Source: an uncultured Alphaproteobacteria bacterium
GTDB lineage: Bacteria; Pseudomonadota; Alphaproteobacteria; Caulobacterales; Parvularculaceae
NCBI GenBank assembly: GCA_963765165.1
Contig: CAVXVQ010000026.1
Span: forward strand, 85,636 to 149,635
Direction of reading: 5' to 3'
DNA: 64,000 bases
Below are positions 45,128 through 56,605 of the stretch, in pieces. Made by a program: the position numbers and the translations under genes. Every line of letters starts with the position of its first letter. The first letter of the stretch is position 1. The notes below the pieces were generated by a model. That model ran no database searches, had not been told where the DNA came from, and was given only the letters and a program-made list of their open reading frames with translations.

Positions 45128-46616
45128 GACGACGCCTCGTCATGCTTGAAGAAATCGAGCGCGCGCTCGCTGGCGCGGCGCCCGCCGAAAGACTGACCGC
45201 GCCGCCAAGAAGCGCTTCGGGGCCGCAAAAGAAATAGCCTTCAAGGCCGGAGGCGTCGGCAAGCCGCTTGCGGCGCTCGATCGCGGCGAGCGTCGGCGCG
45301 GACGACGGCTCGGCGGCGTCGATCTCGGCGGCCGCGATCTGCGAGACCGCGCCCGGCGCGAAGACCCCGAACGCCGCCTTCGCCGCCGCTACGACTGATC
45401 GGCGCCACGCCTCATCCGACAGCGGACGATCGGCGACGGGATGGAGCAGCATCGTCGCCGTCGAGCATCCCTGCGGCGCAAGCGAGGGATCGATGGCGCT
45501 CGGAAAGACGAGTTCGGCGATCAGCGGCGCATCGGCCCCGCCCTCGTCCGCGGCGTTGAAGGCGCGATCGATCTCCGACGCCGTTGGCGCGAGGAGGAAC
45601 CGCCGATCCATCCTGGCCGCCAGATGCGGCTCGCCGAGCGGGCCGTTGATGGCGAGATGAACCCGCGCCGACGCGATCGCGGGCGGCGTCTCGTCGAGCG
45701 CTTTGGCGAATTCGATGTCGAGCCGCGCCCGGCCGACGAAATCAATGAAAGTCTCGCGCGCCGGCAGCGCGCTGATGATGATCGGCGCCCTGATCTGGCT
45801 GCCGTCGTCAAACTCGACGCCGGCGACACGGTCCCATTCGACGATGACGCGCCGCACGCGGTCGGTCTGCCGGATCGCGACGCCGAGGGCCTGACCGGCG
45901 CGCCGGAGCGCCCCGGAAAGCCCGCGCCCGCCGCCCTCGATCGCCGCGACGGCGCCCTGAAGGCCGGCGGCCTCGCCCGCCCAGCGGCGGAGCAGCGCAA
46001 AATAAGTGAACGCCTCCGACGGGCGCGACAGCGACCCGAGGGCCGCCTCGGCGCGAAGGTAGTCCTCAAGCCGCGCATCGCCAAACCGCCCGACGATCGC
46101 TCCGTCGACGGAGGAAGTCGCCGCGTCCGCGGTCGGACCCGCGAGCACCGTCGGCGCTTCGCCGCCGGAAAACCAGTCCGCCAGCGAGCGCGCGGCGCGG
46201 CGCTCTCCTTCGGCGAACGCCTCGAAAGGCGCGGCGTCGGCTTCCGACATGACCGCGACCGCCTCGCCCCAGAGCGCCGGATCGCCGGGCAGGATCAGGG
46301 CCGCGCCGTCCGTGAAGCGCACGAATGTTTCAAGCCGGCGCCGCGCGAAAGCCAGACCATGGCGATACAGATCGAGCGCGTCGATGACGCCGGCGTCGAG
46401 CGCCGTCGCGAGCGGATCGCCGTCGAGGGCGAAATAGCCGGGCGCGAATTCGCGCCTGTCCTGATAGCGCCCGGTCCCTGTTTCAATCTCGATGACGTGG
46501 AGCCCGGCCTTGGCGAGAAGCGCCGCCGCCGCCATCGCATCCGGCGTCGCGCCGAGCACGACGACATCGACGCCGCCTTCGATTTTCGGCCCCTGCCGTT
46601 TGCGCTCGTTAGTCAC
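45124..46616 (-). CDS. Phytoene-desaturase-like FAD/NAD(P) oxidoreductase (degenerate; frameshift near 3' end)
   Basis: LDLYRHGL, GGGRGLSGAL, AGVEFDDG, PSAIDPSLAP. Confidence 0.7.
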
Positions 46617-47864
46617 GGCGGACGATCTCCATCGCCAGCGCGGCGGCGGCGCCGATGTCGTCATGCGAGGGAGCGGGCGCGTGGATCGCCGGCGCATCGA
46701 ACGAGCGGCGACGCAAGCCGGCGGCGGCGTCCGGCCCGATCGTCGCCTCGATCTCGCGCGGGGTTCCGACATCGCCGAACAGGCGCTCGATCTCCTTCGT
46801 CGCATGGCGCGCGAGAATTTGCCGGTCCTGTCCTGTCCATTCGCGGAAATGCCCGTTCTCGCGAAGCCGCGCCGGACAATAGGGCGCGCGTGCGATGACG
46901 TCCTTTCCGCAGAATTCGAAGGTGAGCGGCGCATCTTCCGCGATGCGGCCTTCGGTCATGGCGTTGCGCGCGCGCCGGATCTGGTCGCGGCTGGTCGCAG
47001 TGAAGTAGCGCGCGGCGGCGTCCCGTCCCGACAGTTTCGGGCGCCGGTCGTAGCGGATGCGGATCGTCGCCTCGGCGCCCGCGCGGCGGAGCAGCGGCGA
47101 GCCCGCTGACGTGATCCGAAGTCCCGCCGCTTCGCCGATGACCGCCGATGACGCCATGACGTCGCGCGCCCGAAGATCGCGCCCGTCGGCCATCGTGATC
47201 GCCCAGCTTTTTCCGTCGGCGCGCCGGACGGCTTGCAGCCGCTCGTCGCGAATATCGACGCCGGCGGCGAGCGCGGCGGATTTGAGCGCGTCGTCGAGCG
47301 CGCGGCGGAGCGTCCGCCGCCGGCCGGCGCCCGCGAGCGACGCCAGCGCCTGCGCCGATCCCGCTTCGTCGCCCGCAAGGCCGAACCGGGAGACAAGCGC
47401 GCTTACGAGATGCGTCTTCAGGTCCTCGTCGTCGAAATAATCGTCAAGCGCCGCATTCGCCGACATGAACCGTCCAGGCGCAAGATTGCCGCGATCATCG
47501 GCGGCGCGTCCCGCAGCGAGCGTCAGTTCCTCGACAAAGCCCGGCCACAAGAAGGCGAGCGCCGGCTCGCGCGCCGCGAGACCGTCGGCCGTCGCGCGCG
47601 CATCGGCGGCCGTCGACAGCGCCGTCTTCTCCGAGAGAAGCGTCGTGTCGTCGCCGGGTCTTCAAAGCGAAGATCGTATTGATGAAGGTCGAGCAGGCGC
47701 CAGATGAAATTCGGCGGCTCGGCGACGAAGCCGTCGTCAACGACCTCCCCGCCGGTCGGCGCCAGCGCGACCTTGGCGCCGGCGCGCGCCGCGCACGCGG
47801 CCGCTGCAAGGCCCGCGGCGTCGGCGCCGATGACGACGAGATCGATTACGCTACGCTGGGCCAT
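46609..47864 (-). CDS. Second phytoene-desaturase-like oxidoreductase (degenerate; frameshift near 47640)
   Basis: DLVVIGADAAGLAAAACAARAG, LDDYFDDEDLK. Confidence 0.6.
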
Positions 47865-50763
47865 CACTCGCCCGTACTCCCGCCGCACCTGCGACGGTTA
47901 CTTCGTAGACTGAGCGGACGCCGGCTTCGAGCGAAATCAGCCGGGCTTCGGCGTCCGTGATCTCGTCCGCGTCGAGGAGCGCGGCCATCAGGCGCCGGAC
48001 GGCGTCGCCTGCGGCGCCGGGCGCGAAAACGCCACCGGTCGCCGCCCTGCTCATCTGCTGAATCGATTCAAGGACGACATGCGCGTTTGCAAGAACCGCA
48101 GCGGCGTCGGGGGCGAGCGCGCCGCGGTCGCGGAGCGCCCTGATCGCCGATCCCCTGTCCCGCCTTGTCGCCGCGTCCATGCCCGAAACATGGGCGAGGA
48201 TTAGATACTGAACGGTGAAATCGGCCTCGATAAAGCCGCCGACGGCGTTCTTGAGGTCCCAGGGACCAAGGCCGGGCTTGGCGGACCGCAGCCTCTGGCG
48301 CATGGCCTCGACATCGCGCGCGGTCGCGGCGGCCTCGCGCGGCGCGGCGAGCGTCTGGTCGACAGCCGCCATGATGCGCGCGCCGAGCGCCGGATCTCCC
48401 GCAAACACGCGCGCTTTGGTGAGCGCCATCTTCTCCCAGGTCCACGCCTCGTTCGCATAATAATGGCGAAAGGAGGCGAGGCTGACCGCCGCCGGTCCTT
48501 TGGCGCCGGACGGGCGAAGCTGCATGTCGACGTCGTAAAGGACGCCCTCTTCCGTCGGCGTCGTCACCGCCGCGAGGAACCGCCGCACGAGGCGCGCATA
48601 ATAGGTGACGGCGTCAAGCGCGGCCTCGCCTGAGGCGCGCGCGCCATCGCCCGCTTCATAGATGAACATGAGATCGACGTCGGACGCCGCCGTCATCGCG
48701 CGCGCGCCAAGACGCCCGAGCGCGACGATCGCGATCGTTCCGTCGATGACGCCGAAGAGGCGTTCCGATTCATTCTTCGCGGCGTCGAACAACGCGCGCA
48801 ACGACGTCTCCGCGATCTGCGTGAACCGTTCGGCGGCGGCGTCCGGCGCAATCGCCCCGACAAGAAGCTGCGCCGATACGGAAAGGGATTCTTCCGACGC
48901 CCAGCGACGCACGGCGCTGAGCACCGCCTCGTAGTGATCGGCGGCGCCAAGGCGGACGGCGAGCTTTGCTTCAAGCTCGGCTTCGCTCGGCGCGGGTTCG
49001 GGCCAGCGGCTTTCGATCAGCGCTTCGGCGAGATAGGCGCGCCTGGCGACCTCGCGCGCAAGATAGGGTGACAACGCCATGATGCGGACAAGGCGCTCAA
49101 AGACGTCCGGCCGGTTCAAAAACAGCGAAAAGATCTGCACGCCCGCCGGCAGCCCGCGCAGAAATCCGTCGAAGGCGGCGAAGGCGTCGTCGGGCGAACC
49201 GGCGCGCGCGAGCGCCTCGATCAGCTGCGGCGCAATCTTCGCGAGCAGGGTCCTCGCGCGCGCCGACCGTGTCGCGCGGGTCTCGCCCGCATGCCAGCGG
49301 CGGAACGAATCCGCCACCTGTTCGGGACGTTCAAAGCCGAGCGCGCGCAAGGTCGCGATCGTCGCCGGATCGTTGTCGACGCCGGTGAAGGACAAGGGCC
49401 CAATCGTCGCCGTCGCGCGCGTTTCGGGCTGGAAGAACGGCGTCGTCAGGCGATGGGTCGAGCGGAAGACCTCGCCGAGACGGGCTTCGAGCGCCGGAAG
49501 GCTCGGCTCGCCGAGAAAGGCCGCAAGGCGGCTCGCCTCAACTTCGGTTTGCGGGATGCGATGCGTCTGTTCGTCGGCGATCATCTGCAGCCGGTGCTCG
49601 ACCTTGCGCAGATAGCGATAGCGCTCCGACAGCGCGTCGGCGGTCTCGCCGGCGACGACGCCCGCCGACGCCAGCGCCGCCATCGCCTCAAGCGTCGCGC
49701 GCGCGCGGAAGGCGGGGTTCTTGCCGCCGCCGATCAGTTGTTGCGCCTGAACGTAGAATTCGATTTCGCGGATCCCGCCGCGTCCGCGCTTCAGGTCATG
49801 GCCGAAGAAATCGAAATCGCCGGCGCCCTTGCCGGCGTGGATCTGGCGCATCACCGCATGGATTTCCTCGATCGCCGCGAAATCAAGGAACTTTCGCCAG
49901 ATGAAGGGGCGAAGGCGGCGGATGAACTCGTCGCCGAGGGGCAGATCGCCCGCCGCCGACCGCGCCTTGATGAACGCCGCGCGCTCCCAGTTCTGGCCGT
50001 AGGATTCGTAATAGGTTTCCGCCGCGTTGATCGACACCGCCGCCGCCGAGACGCCGGGATCGGGCCGCAGGCGCAGATCCGTGCGGAAGACATATCCGTC
50101 CGCTGTCTGATCGTTGAGGATTTTGACGATGGCGCGCGCGACGGCGACGGCGACGCGCTTTGATTCCTCGCGCCCGCCGAGCGCGTCGGACGCGCTGTCG
50201 AACAAGATGACGAGATCGATGTCGCTTGAATAATTAAGCTCGAAGGCGCCGTGCTTGCCCATCGCGAGCGCGACGACGCCGCAGCCGATCTCGGGCCGCG
50301 CCTCGTCCGTCGCCCGAAAGCCGAGCCGCGTCGCCTGCCGGAGCGCGATCCGCATCGCCGACCCGGCGCAAGCGTCGGCGAACTGCGAGAGCGCGTCCGT
50401 CGCCTCCATTGTCGTCCATGCGCCTGCGATCTCGCCCAGCGCGAAAGATAGCGCCGCATCCGATTTGGCGAGGCGGAGCGCCTTCATGTGCGCGCTCTGT
50501 TCGACTTCTTCCGACGCTTTCCACGCCGCCGAGACGACACGCTCAAGGCTCTGCCGAAGCGAGGACGCAAGCGCCGCGCGCGCCATCTCCGGATGGCGGG
50601 CGATCAGCCGCGCGAGATAGGGCGAGCAGCCGGCGACGCCTTCGATCAGCGCGCGTGCGGGATCGCGTCCGTCCCAACCTTCAAGCGCGCGCTTTCCGGC
50701 CTCCGGATCATAGGGCGGCGGGGCGAAAGCGATCAGCGATGACAAAGGCGCGTCGTCAGTCAT
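47851..50763 (-). CDS. glnE: Glutamine synthetase adenylyltransferase
   Basis: MGKHGAFELNYSSDIDL, RTDLRLRPDP, GRGGIREIEF, second NT domain YDVDMQLRPSG. Confidence 0.95.
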   Translation of the reverse strand: MTDDAPLSSLIAFAPPPYDPEAGKRALEGWDGRDPARALIEGVAGCSPYLARLIARHPEMARAALASSLRQSLERVVSAAWKASEEVEQSAHMKALRLAKSDAALSFALGEIAGAWTTMEATDALSQFADACAGSAMRIALRQATRLGFRATDEARPEIGCGVVALAMGKHGAFELNYSSDIDLVILFDSASDALGGREESKRVAVAVARAIVKILNDQTADGYVFRTDLRLRPDPGVSAAAVSINAAETYYESYGQNWERAAFIKARSAAGDLPLGDEFIRRLRPFIWRKFLDFAAIEEIHAVMRQIHAGKGAGDFDFFGHDLKRGRGGIREIEFYVQAQQLIGGGKNPAFRARATLEAMAALASAGVVAGETADALSERYRYLRKVEHRLQMIADEQTHRIPQTEVEASRLAAFLGEPSLPALEARLGEVFRSTHRLTTPFFQPETRATATIGPLSFTGVDNDPATIATLRALGFERPEQVADSFRRWHAGETRATRSARARTLLAKIAPQLIEALARAGSPDDAFAAFDGFLRGLPAGVQIFSLFLNRPDVFERLVRIMALSPYLAREVARRAYLAEALIESRWPEPAPSEAELEAKLAVRLGAADHYEAVLSAVRRWASEESLSVSAQLLVGAIAPDAAAERFTQIAETSLRALFDAAKNESERLFGVIDGTIAIVALGRLGARAMTAASDVDLMFIYEAGDGARASGEAALDAVTYYARLVRRFLAAVTTPTEEGVLYDVDMQLRPSGAKGPAAVSLASFRHYYANEAWTWEKMALTKARVFAGDPALGARIMAAVDQTLAAPREAAATARDVEAMRQRLRSAKPGLGPWDLKNAVGGFIEADFTVQYLILAHVSGMDAATRRDRGSAIRALRDRGALAPDAAAVLANAHVVLESIQQMSRAATGGVFAPGAAGDAVRRLMAALLDADEITDAEARLISLEAGVRSVYEVTVAGAAGVRASDGPA

Positions 50764-50821
50764 CGGAAGGTTTCTACGGGAAGTCGGGATCGAATGAAAA
50801 CGTCCGCGCGTGTCAGCGCCT

Positions 50822-50958
50822 GCCTCTCCCTCGGGAGAGGCCAGCGACCCCGGCGCAAGCCGGGGGAGCGGGTGAGGGGTCGGTCTTCGGCCTGCGAGCG
50901 CAGTCCCCTCACCCAAAATCGCTTTGCGATTTTGACCTCTCCCAAGGGAGAGGTGAAG
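50822..50958. repeat. Intergenic palindromic REP-like element
   Basis: CCTCTCCC-TC-GGGAGAGG...GGGTGAGGGG...CCCCTCACCC...CCTCTCCC-AA-GGGAGAGG; end is the reverse complement of 2167-2191. Confidence 0.85.
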
Positions 50959-50973
50959 AAAGACTGGCGGCCC

Positions 50974-52407
50974 TTAACCTTTGTGGAACGTCGGAAAGGC
51001 GATTGTCACCTTGAGGCCGCGACGATCGCCGACAGCCGACGCGTCGCCGAGCGCGATCGACCCTTGATGGGCGCGCGCGATCGCGGAGACAAGCGACAGG
51101 CCAAGGCCCGATCCCGGCGTCGTGCGGCTTTGTTCAAGGCGCACGAAGCGCTTCAAGACGCTGTCCCGTTCGGCCTCGGGAACGCCCGGGCCGTCGTCGA
51201 GCACCGACAAAAGCACGCGGCCTTCCGACCCTTTGCGGACGTCGATCCTGATCGTCGTGCCGCCGACGGCGTATTTCAGCGCATTGTCGAGAAGATTGGC
51301 GAGCGCCTGGCTGAGCAGCGAGCGCGAGCCGCGGACCGGCGGCGACGGCGCCGTCTTCAATTGCAGGATGAAGCCGGCGTCCTGCGCCGCGGGTTCATAC
51401 AGTTCGACCATTTCCTGCGCGATGGCGACGAGATCGACCGCCTCCATCTGGCCGGCGCCCTCGCCCAACTCGATGCGCGCGATCGAGAGCAGCGCGTTGA
51501 AGGTCATGATCATGTTCTCCGCGTCTTCAAGCGTCGCGCGGAGCGCCTCTTCCTTTTCGGCGGGACCCGCTTTCATCGCCTCGGTGAGGCGTCCTCGAAT
51601 GCGATTGAGCGGCGAGCGCAGGTCATGCGCGATGTTGTCGGATACCTCGCGCATGCCGCCCATCAGCCGTTCGATCTGGTCGAGCATGGCGTTGAGGTTG
51701 ATCGCGAGGCTTTCAAGCTCGTCGCCGGCGCCGGTGAGCGCGATGCGCTTCGACAGATCGCCGTCGCGGATCGCGCGGGCGGTGCGGTTGACGCCGTCGA
51801 CGCGGGTCAACAGCGCGCGGCTGAACAACAGCCCGACGATGATGCCGAGAAGGATCGTCGCGGCGCCGATGCGCGCCATCTGCTCCTGGCTGCTCTCCCG
51901 GAGCGCTTCGCGCGTCGAGATATCGCGCGCCACAAAGACGAGGAATGACGTCTCCGCGTCCGGTGTCGGCTTGAAGCGCCTTATCTTGCCGCGCGCCTCC
52001 CGCGTCTCGATGCCGATTTCGCGGCCGGCCGCGTCGAGGCGCGGGCGCTCGAAGGTGAAGTTGAAGAAGCCCTCGCCGGCCGACAGCGCTTCGGGCGGCA
52101 GCGCCGAGAGATTGCCGGAAAGAACCGCGCCCGACGGCGCGCCGATCAGCATGTAGAGCCCGTCGTCGCGCCACGCGGCGCGCTCGCGCACGACACGGCG
52201 CAGGACGCCCGCGCCCTCCGTCGAAAACACCTCCGAGAGAACCTGGATTTCCTGATCGACGATCGCGTCGGTCTGCTTCGACATCGCGCCGAACGTGTCC
52301 TGGTAGAACAGGAGGCCGAGCAGCGCGACGGCGATCGCGAACACGAACACGTAAATGATCGTGAAGCTGAACGACGTCGTCCGGAGGATGCGGAATATCA
52401 TCGTCAT
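50974..52407 (-). CDS. HAMP-domain sensor histidine kinase
   Basis: AHDLRSPL H-box, NLLDNALKY, DDGPG, GSGLGLSLV. Confidence 0.95.
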   Translation of the reverse strand: MTMIFRILRTTSFSFTIIYVFVFAIAVALLGLLFYQDTFGAMSKQTDAIVDQEIQVLSEVFSTEGAGVLRRVVRERAAWRDDGLYMLIGAPSGAVLSGNLSALPPEALSAGEGFFNFTFERPRLDAAGREIGIETREARGKIRRFKPTPDAETSFLVFVARDISTREALRESSQEQMARIGAATILLGIIVGLLFSRALLTRVDGVNRTARAIRDGDLSKRIALTGAGDELESLAINLNAMLDQIERLMGGMREVSDNIAHDLRSPLNRIRGRLTEAMKAGPAEKEEALRATLEDAENMIMTFNALLSIARIELGEGAGQMEAVDLVAIAQEMVELYEPAAQDAGFILQLKTAPSPPVRGSRSLLSQALANLLDNALKYAVGGTTIRIDVRKGSEGRVLLSVLDDGPGVPEAERDSVLKRFVRLEQSRTTPGSGLGLSLVSAIARAHQGSIALGDASAVGDRRGLKVTIAFPTFHKG

Positions 52408-52475
52408 CAGGGATTGGGCTTGAATAGGCCGCGCCGCGGCCATCCCCTAACACCGAACGCCCAAAACCCCAAAAC

Positions 52476-53161
52476 CTAATCCTGGTCCGTGATCGTGTAG
52501 CCGGCGCCGCGGATCGTCTTCAAAAGCGCCTTGTCGAAATCCTTGTCGATTTTCGACCGGAGGCGCGAGATGTGCACGTCGATGACGTTCGTCTGCGGAT
52601 CGAAATGATACTCCCAGACGTTCTCAAGAAGCATCGTGCGCGTCACCACCTGGCCGGCGTGGCGCATGAGATATTCAAGGAGGCGGAACTCGCGCGGCTG
52701 CAGGTCGATCTTCTTGCCCGCGCGGCGGACGGTCCGCGTGATGACGTCGATCTCGAGATCGCCGACCACGATAGCGCGTCGTGACGCTCGTCGGCGCCGC
52801 GTCCGGCGGCGCCCCAGAGCCTCGACCCGCGCGAGGAGTTCCGGGAAGGCGTAGGGTTTCACGAGGTAATCGTCGCCGCCGGCCTTGAAGCCTTTGACGC
52901 GGTCGTCAACCTCGCCGAGCGCCGACAGGAAGAGCGCGGGCGTCTCGTCGCCGCCGGCGCGCCGCTTCGAGAGAAGCGACACGCCGTCGAGCTTGGGGAG
53001 CATGCGGTCGATGACGTAGGCGTCGTAATCGCCGGCGCCGGCCATGTTGAGCCCGACCTCGCCGTCGACGAGCGTGATCGACGACATGGCCGGCCTCGCG
53101 CAGTCCCTTCGAGACATGCAGGCCGCCGCTTCGACGTCGTCTTCGACACCAGAATTCGCAT
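52476..53161 (-). CDS. OmpR-family response regulator (frameshifts in the N-terminus)
   Basis: IDRMLPKLDG, GGDDYLVKPY, TNVIDVHISRLR, TIRGAGY. Confidence 0.93.
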
Positions 53162-53181
53162 GGGCGCCCGTGTCACTGCCT

Positions 53182-54735
53182 TTAATCCGGTTCTTGCTGT
53201 GGCTGTACACCGCGCGTTTCAGGGCGCTGAACTGTTTGGCGTCGCCGAGCTGGAGGCGAAGGAGCATGGCCTCCTTGCCCGCCGTCTTGGCGTCCTCGAT
53301 CTTTTTCTTCAGTGCCGCCGCCGGACGTCACCGGCTTGCCGTCCGCCTGCAGAGATGACCATGCCGGGACGAAGTCCCGCTTCCTCCGCCGCGCTGCCGG
53401 GTTTGACGCCGGTGACGAGAACGCCGGCGACGCCCGCCGGAATCGGAACTGCTGCGCGCATCGGTCGGTGAGATCGGCGACGCGAAGCCCGAGTCCGGTC
53501 GACAGCGAATCCTCGACGGCGCGAGCGGCTCGTCATCGTTCGCCGCGCCACATCGGCGTCGCGGTCGGGCCGAGCGTCACCGTGAGATCGGCGTTCCGCG
53601 CCGTTCCGAAGCACGGTGATCTTCAGGTTGTGCGCCCGGCGGCAGGGCCGAGATCGGTGCGCGTCAGATCGCGCGGGCTCGCAATCGTCGGCGCCGTTGA
53701 GCTTCAGCACGAGGTCTCTGCGTCTCGAAACCCGCTTTCGAAGCCGGCGTTCCAATCGGCACGACGTCGCAGATGATCGCGCCCGCCGTTCCCTTGCGTC
53801 CGAGCGCGGCGGCGATTTCCGTCGTCACATCGGCTGGATGTGACGCCGAGCCAGCCGCGCGTGACCGAGCCGTTCGCTGATCAGCTGGGCGACCGTTTCC
53901 TTGGCGACTTGCGCGGGAATCGCGAAGCCGATGCCGACGCTGCCGCCGGTCGGCGAGTAGATCGCCGTGTTGACGCCGACGACGCGGCCTTTGAGGTCGA
54001 AGGTCGGGCCGCCCGGAATTGCCGCGGTTGATCGGCGCGTCGATCTGGATGAAGTCGAGGAACTGGCCGTCGCGGCTCTCGCCGCCGATCGCCGAGACGA
54101 TGCCGGCCGTCACCGTGCCGCCAAGTCCGAAGGGATTGCCGACCGCGATGACCCAGTCGCCGACGCGCAAGCGCACATCGTCCGCGAACTGAACAACGCC
54201 TGTCCCTTCGGCGGCTCGACTTTCAGGACCGCGAGATCGGTCGAGCGGATCGGCGCCGACGAGCGTCGCCTTGATCTCTTGCCGTCGGCCAGGCGGACCT
54301 TGATCTCATCGGCGCCCTCGACGACATGGTTGTTGGTGACGATGTGGCCGGCGCCGTCGATGAAAAAGCCCGAGCCTTGGGCCTCCATCCGCTGCGGCGA
54401 TCCCTCGCCGCCAAAATCATCCTCGCCGCCGTTCTGCGGCGGCTGGCCGAAGCGGAAGTGGAAGAGATCTTGCAGCTCTTCGGGAATCTGCTGCGTCTCG
54501 ACTTCGCGTTCGACAGAATGCTGACGACCGAGGGCGCCACGCGCTCGACCAGATCGGCGAACGACAGCGCGCCGTCGGCCGCTCCGTTCAGCGAGACTGG
54601 CGGCGGAGCGACGAGGCGCGGCGCTTGCGCCTGCGCGCCGGGAACCAGCAGCACCGCGGTTGCGCCAAGCGCGACGCTCGCGGCGACGCCGGCAAGCAAC
54701 CCATTCCTGAAACTCTTGCGTCCAAATTGGCTCAT
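53182..54735 (-). CDS. Do/DegP-family serine protease (heavily frameshifted; end approximate)
   Basis: [42 protein letters not shown]. Confidence 0.88.
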
Positions 54736-55032
54736 TGCAGTCCTTCAACTCCAGTTGTGCGCCGCCCGTCATCCGTACAAACACATACGCGCAAAGAGAT
54801 AGGCCCCGCCATGGCGGCTGAATCCCGGCGGAGCGAATTAAACTTTGTCAACAATCCGGGGCGCTTGCCAATAAAATCAACGCCAATTCTGCGACAAATG
54901 TCGCAACTGTGATCCAGGGCAAAATCCGATCAAGTGGAATCCGGTTGATCGCAGATTTTGCCCTGAAACTTGAGATTGGAGCAAATTCCGCGCGCCAGCG
55001 CGCGGAATTTGCTCCAGGCGCGCGGCCGCCGG

Positions 55033-56504
55033 TCATGCCGAGACCGCCGCCGCCGACGCGCGCTCTTTAAGGAGCGCGATTTCGTTCGCCGGCAACAGCG
55101 GTTCGGCGGATTTAAGGACGGCGTCCATCCGCTTTTTGGCGGCGTCGCGTTCGCCGCCCTCGGCCGCGCGGATCTCGAGGATGAGATCGCCGGCGTAGCG
55201 CCGCGTTTCCGCAAGCGCCGTCGCAACGAGGCTTTCGGCGGCGTCCGGCCGGTCGAGCTTTTCGCCAAGGACGCCGGCGCGCGCGAGAAAGGCGGCGCCG
55301 CTTTGCGCCGCGCGTTCGGCGCCGCGTTCGAGCGGGCGGTCGATGTCGGGGCGAAGCGCCATCAGCCGCGACGAGCCGCCGGCGTGCCGCGTCGGGTGGA
55401 CGCGCCTCAGGGCGGCGAGCGCCTGTTCGGCGTAGCGCGCGAGCGCCAGCGCGGCGAGATCGCGCGAGGCCTCGATGCGGTTGGCGAGCGCCGTTTCGCG
55501 GATGCGCGCGGCTTCCTCCGCCATGCCGCGCGCGAAGGCGGCGAAATGCTCGATCCGCGCCGGCGCCTCGTCCGTATCGGGATCATCGTCGGCGTCGCGT
55601 TCGAGCGCCCGCGCAAGGCCTTCGAAATCGTCAAAGAGCGCGTCAATGACGGCGTCCGCGTCGGCGCGCGCTTGCGGCAGGTCCGCATCGGCGGCGTTTG
55701 CAAGATGGCGCGCAAGCGAAAGCGCGCGCCAGGGCGCGTCCATCCGCGCCGCAATCGCAAGGAGGACATAAGGCGCCGCGTCGCGATTTTCAGCGAACGC
55801 GGCGGCGTAACGGCGCCGCGCCGCATAAAGCCCTTCTTCGGTGAGCGCCGCCGTCGGCCGCGGAAATTCCCGCTGCGCGGATTTCAACGCGCCCGCCAAA
55901 GGAACAAGCGCGGCGATTTCGGCAAGATCGTGCAGCGCCGCGGCGCCCGACTGCGCGTCGCCGCCCGAAAGCCGCGAGGCGAGATCGCCGCGAAAGGCGT
56001 CGTCGGCCTCGGCGTGCGCGATCAGGCGGTTGAACCCCTCTCCCGCTTCGCGAAAAAGCGCGTCTTCGAACGCGGCGACGTCGAACGCGCCAGCCGCAAT
56101 CGCGGCGTCAAGATCGGCGGCGGCCCGCGACGCGCCGGCGCAGGCCGGATCCGTTTTGACGAGCGCCCAGAGCGGCGCGATCGAGGAGCGCGCGATGCGG
56201 GCGCGGCGCTTCTTCCCCGGCGCGCCGAGACGAAAAAATCCTCGAACGGCGTGAAGAACAGTCTTTGTGCGGACGGCTTTCGCGCCGGAAACCGCGCGCC
56301 GCCGTCGACAAGCCGTGTACGGATGATCGCCAGCATCTCGGCGGCGGGGAGCTTCGATCCGGCGCGCGCGTCGGCTTCGAGAGCGTCAAAGAGGCGTGCG
56401 GCGGCGGCCATCGGAAGCGCGCCGAGAAAAGCCTCGATCCGAGCCCATTTGCGCGCCGAAACGCCGCGCGGGGCGACCAGAAATGCGGAGGAAAAATCGA
56501 TCAT
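55033..56504 (-). CDS. Helical hypothetical protein (frameshifted)
   Basis: Joinable ORFs 56022..56504 and 55033..55899; RLFFTPFEDFFV motif. Confidence 0.55.
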
Positions 56505-56605
56505 GCCGACATCGTTCTACGCCGCCGGCTTGCTCCGTCGCAACCGCTCGCAAGCGGGCGTCCCGGCGACGCAAGACTGAAGGATCGCCGGGTGCGCTCG
56601 GATCA

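Noticed and set aside
50764-50916. N-terminal extension of GlnE in the ORF track
   Set aside because: It is read-through of the palindromic element; the start at MTDDAPL (50763) is more plausible.
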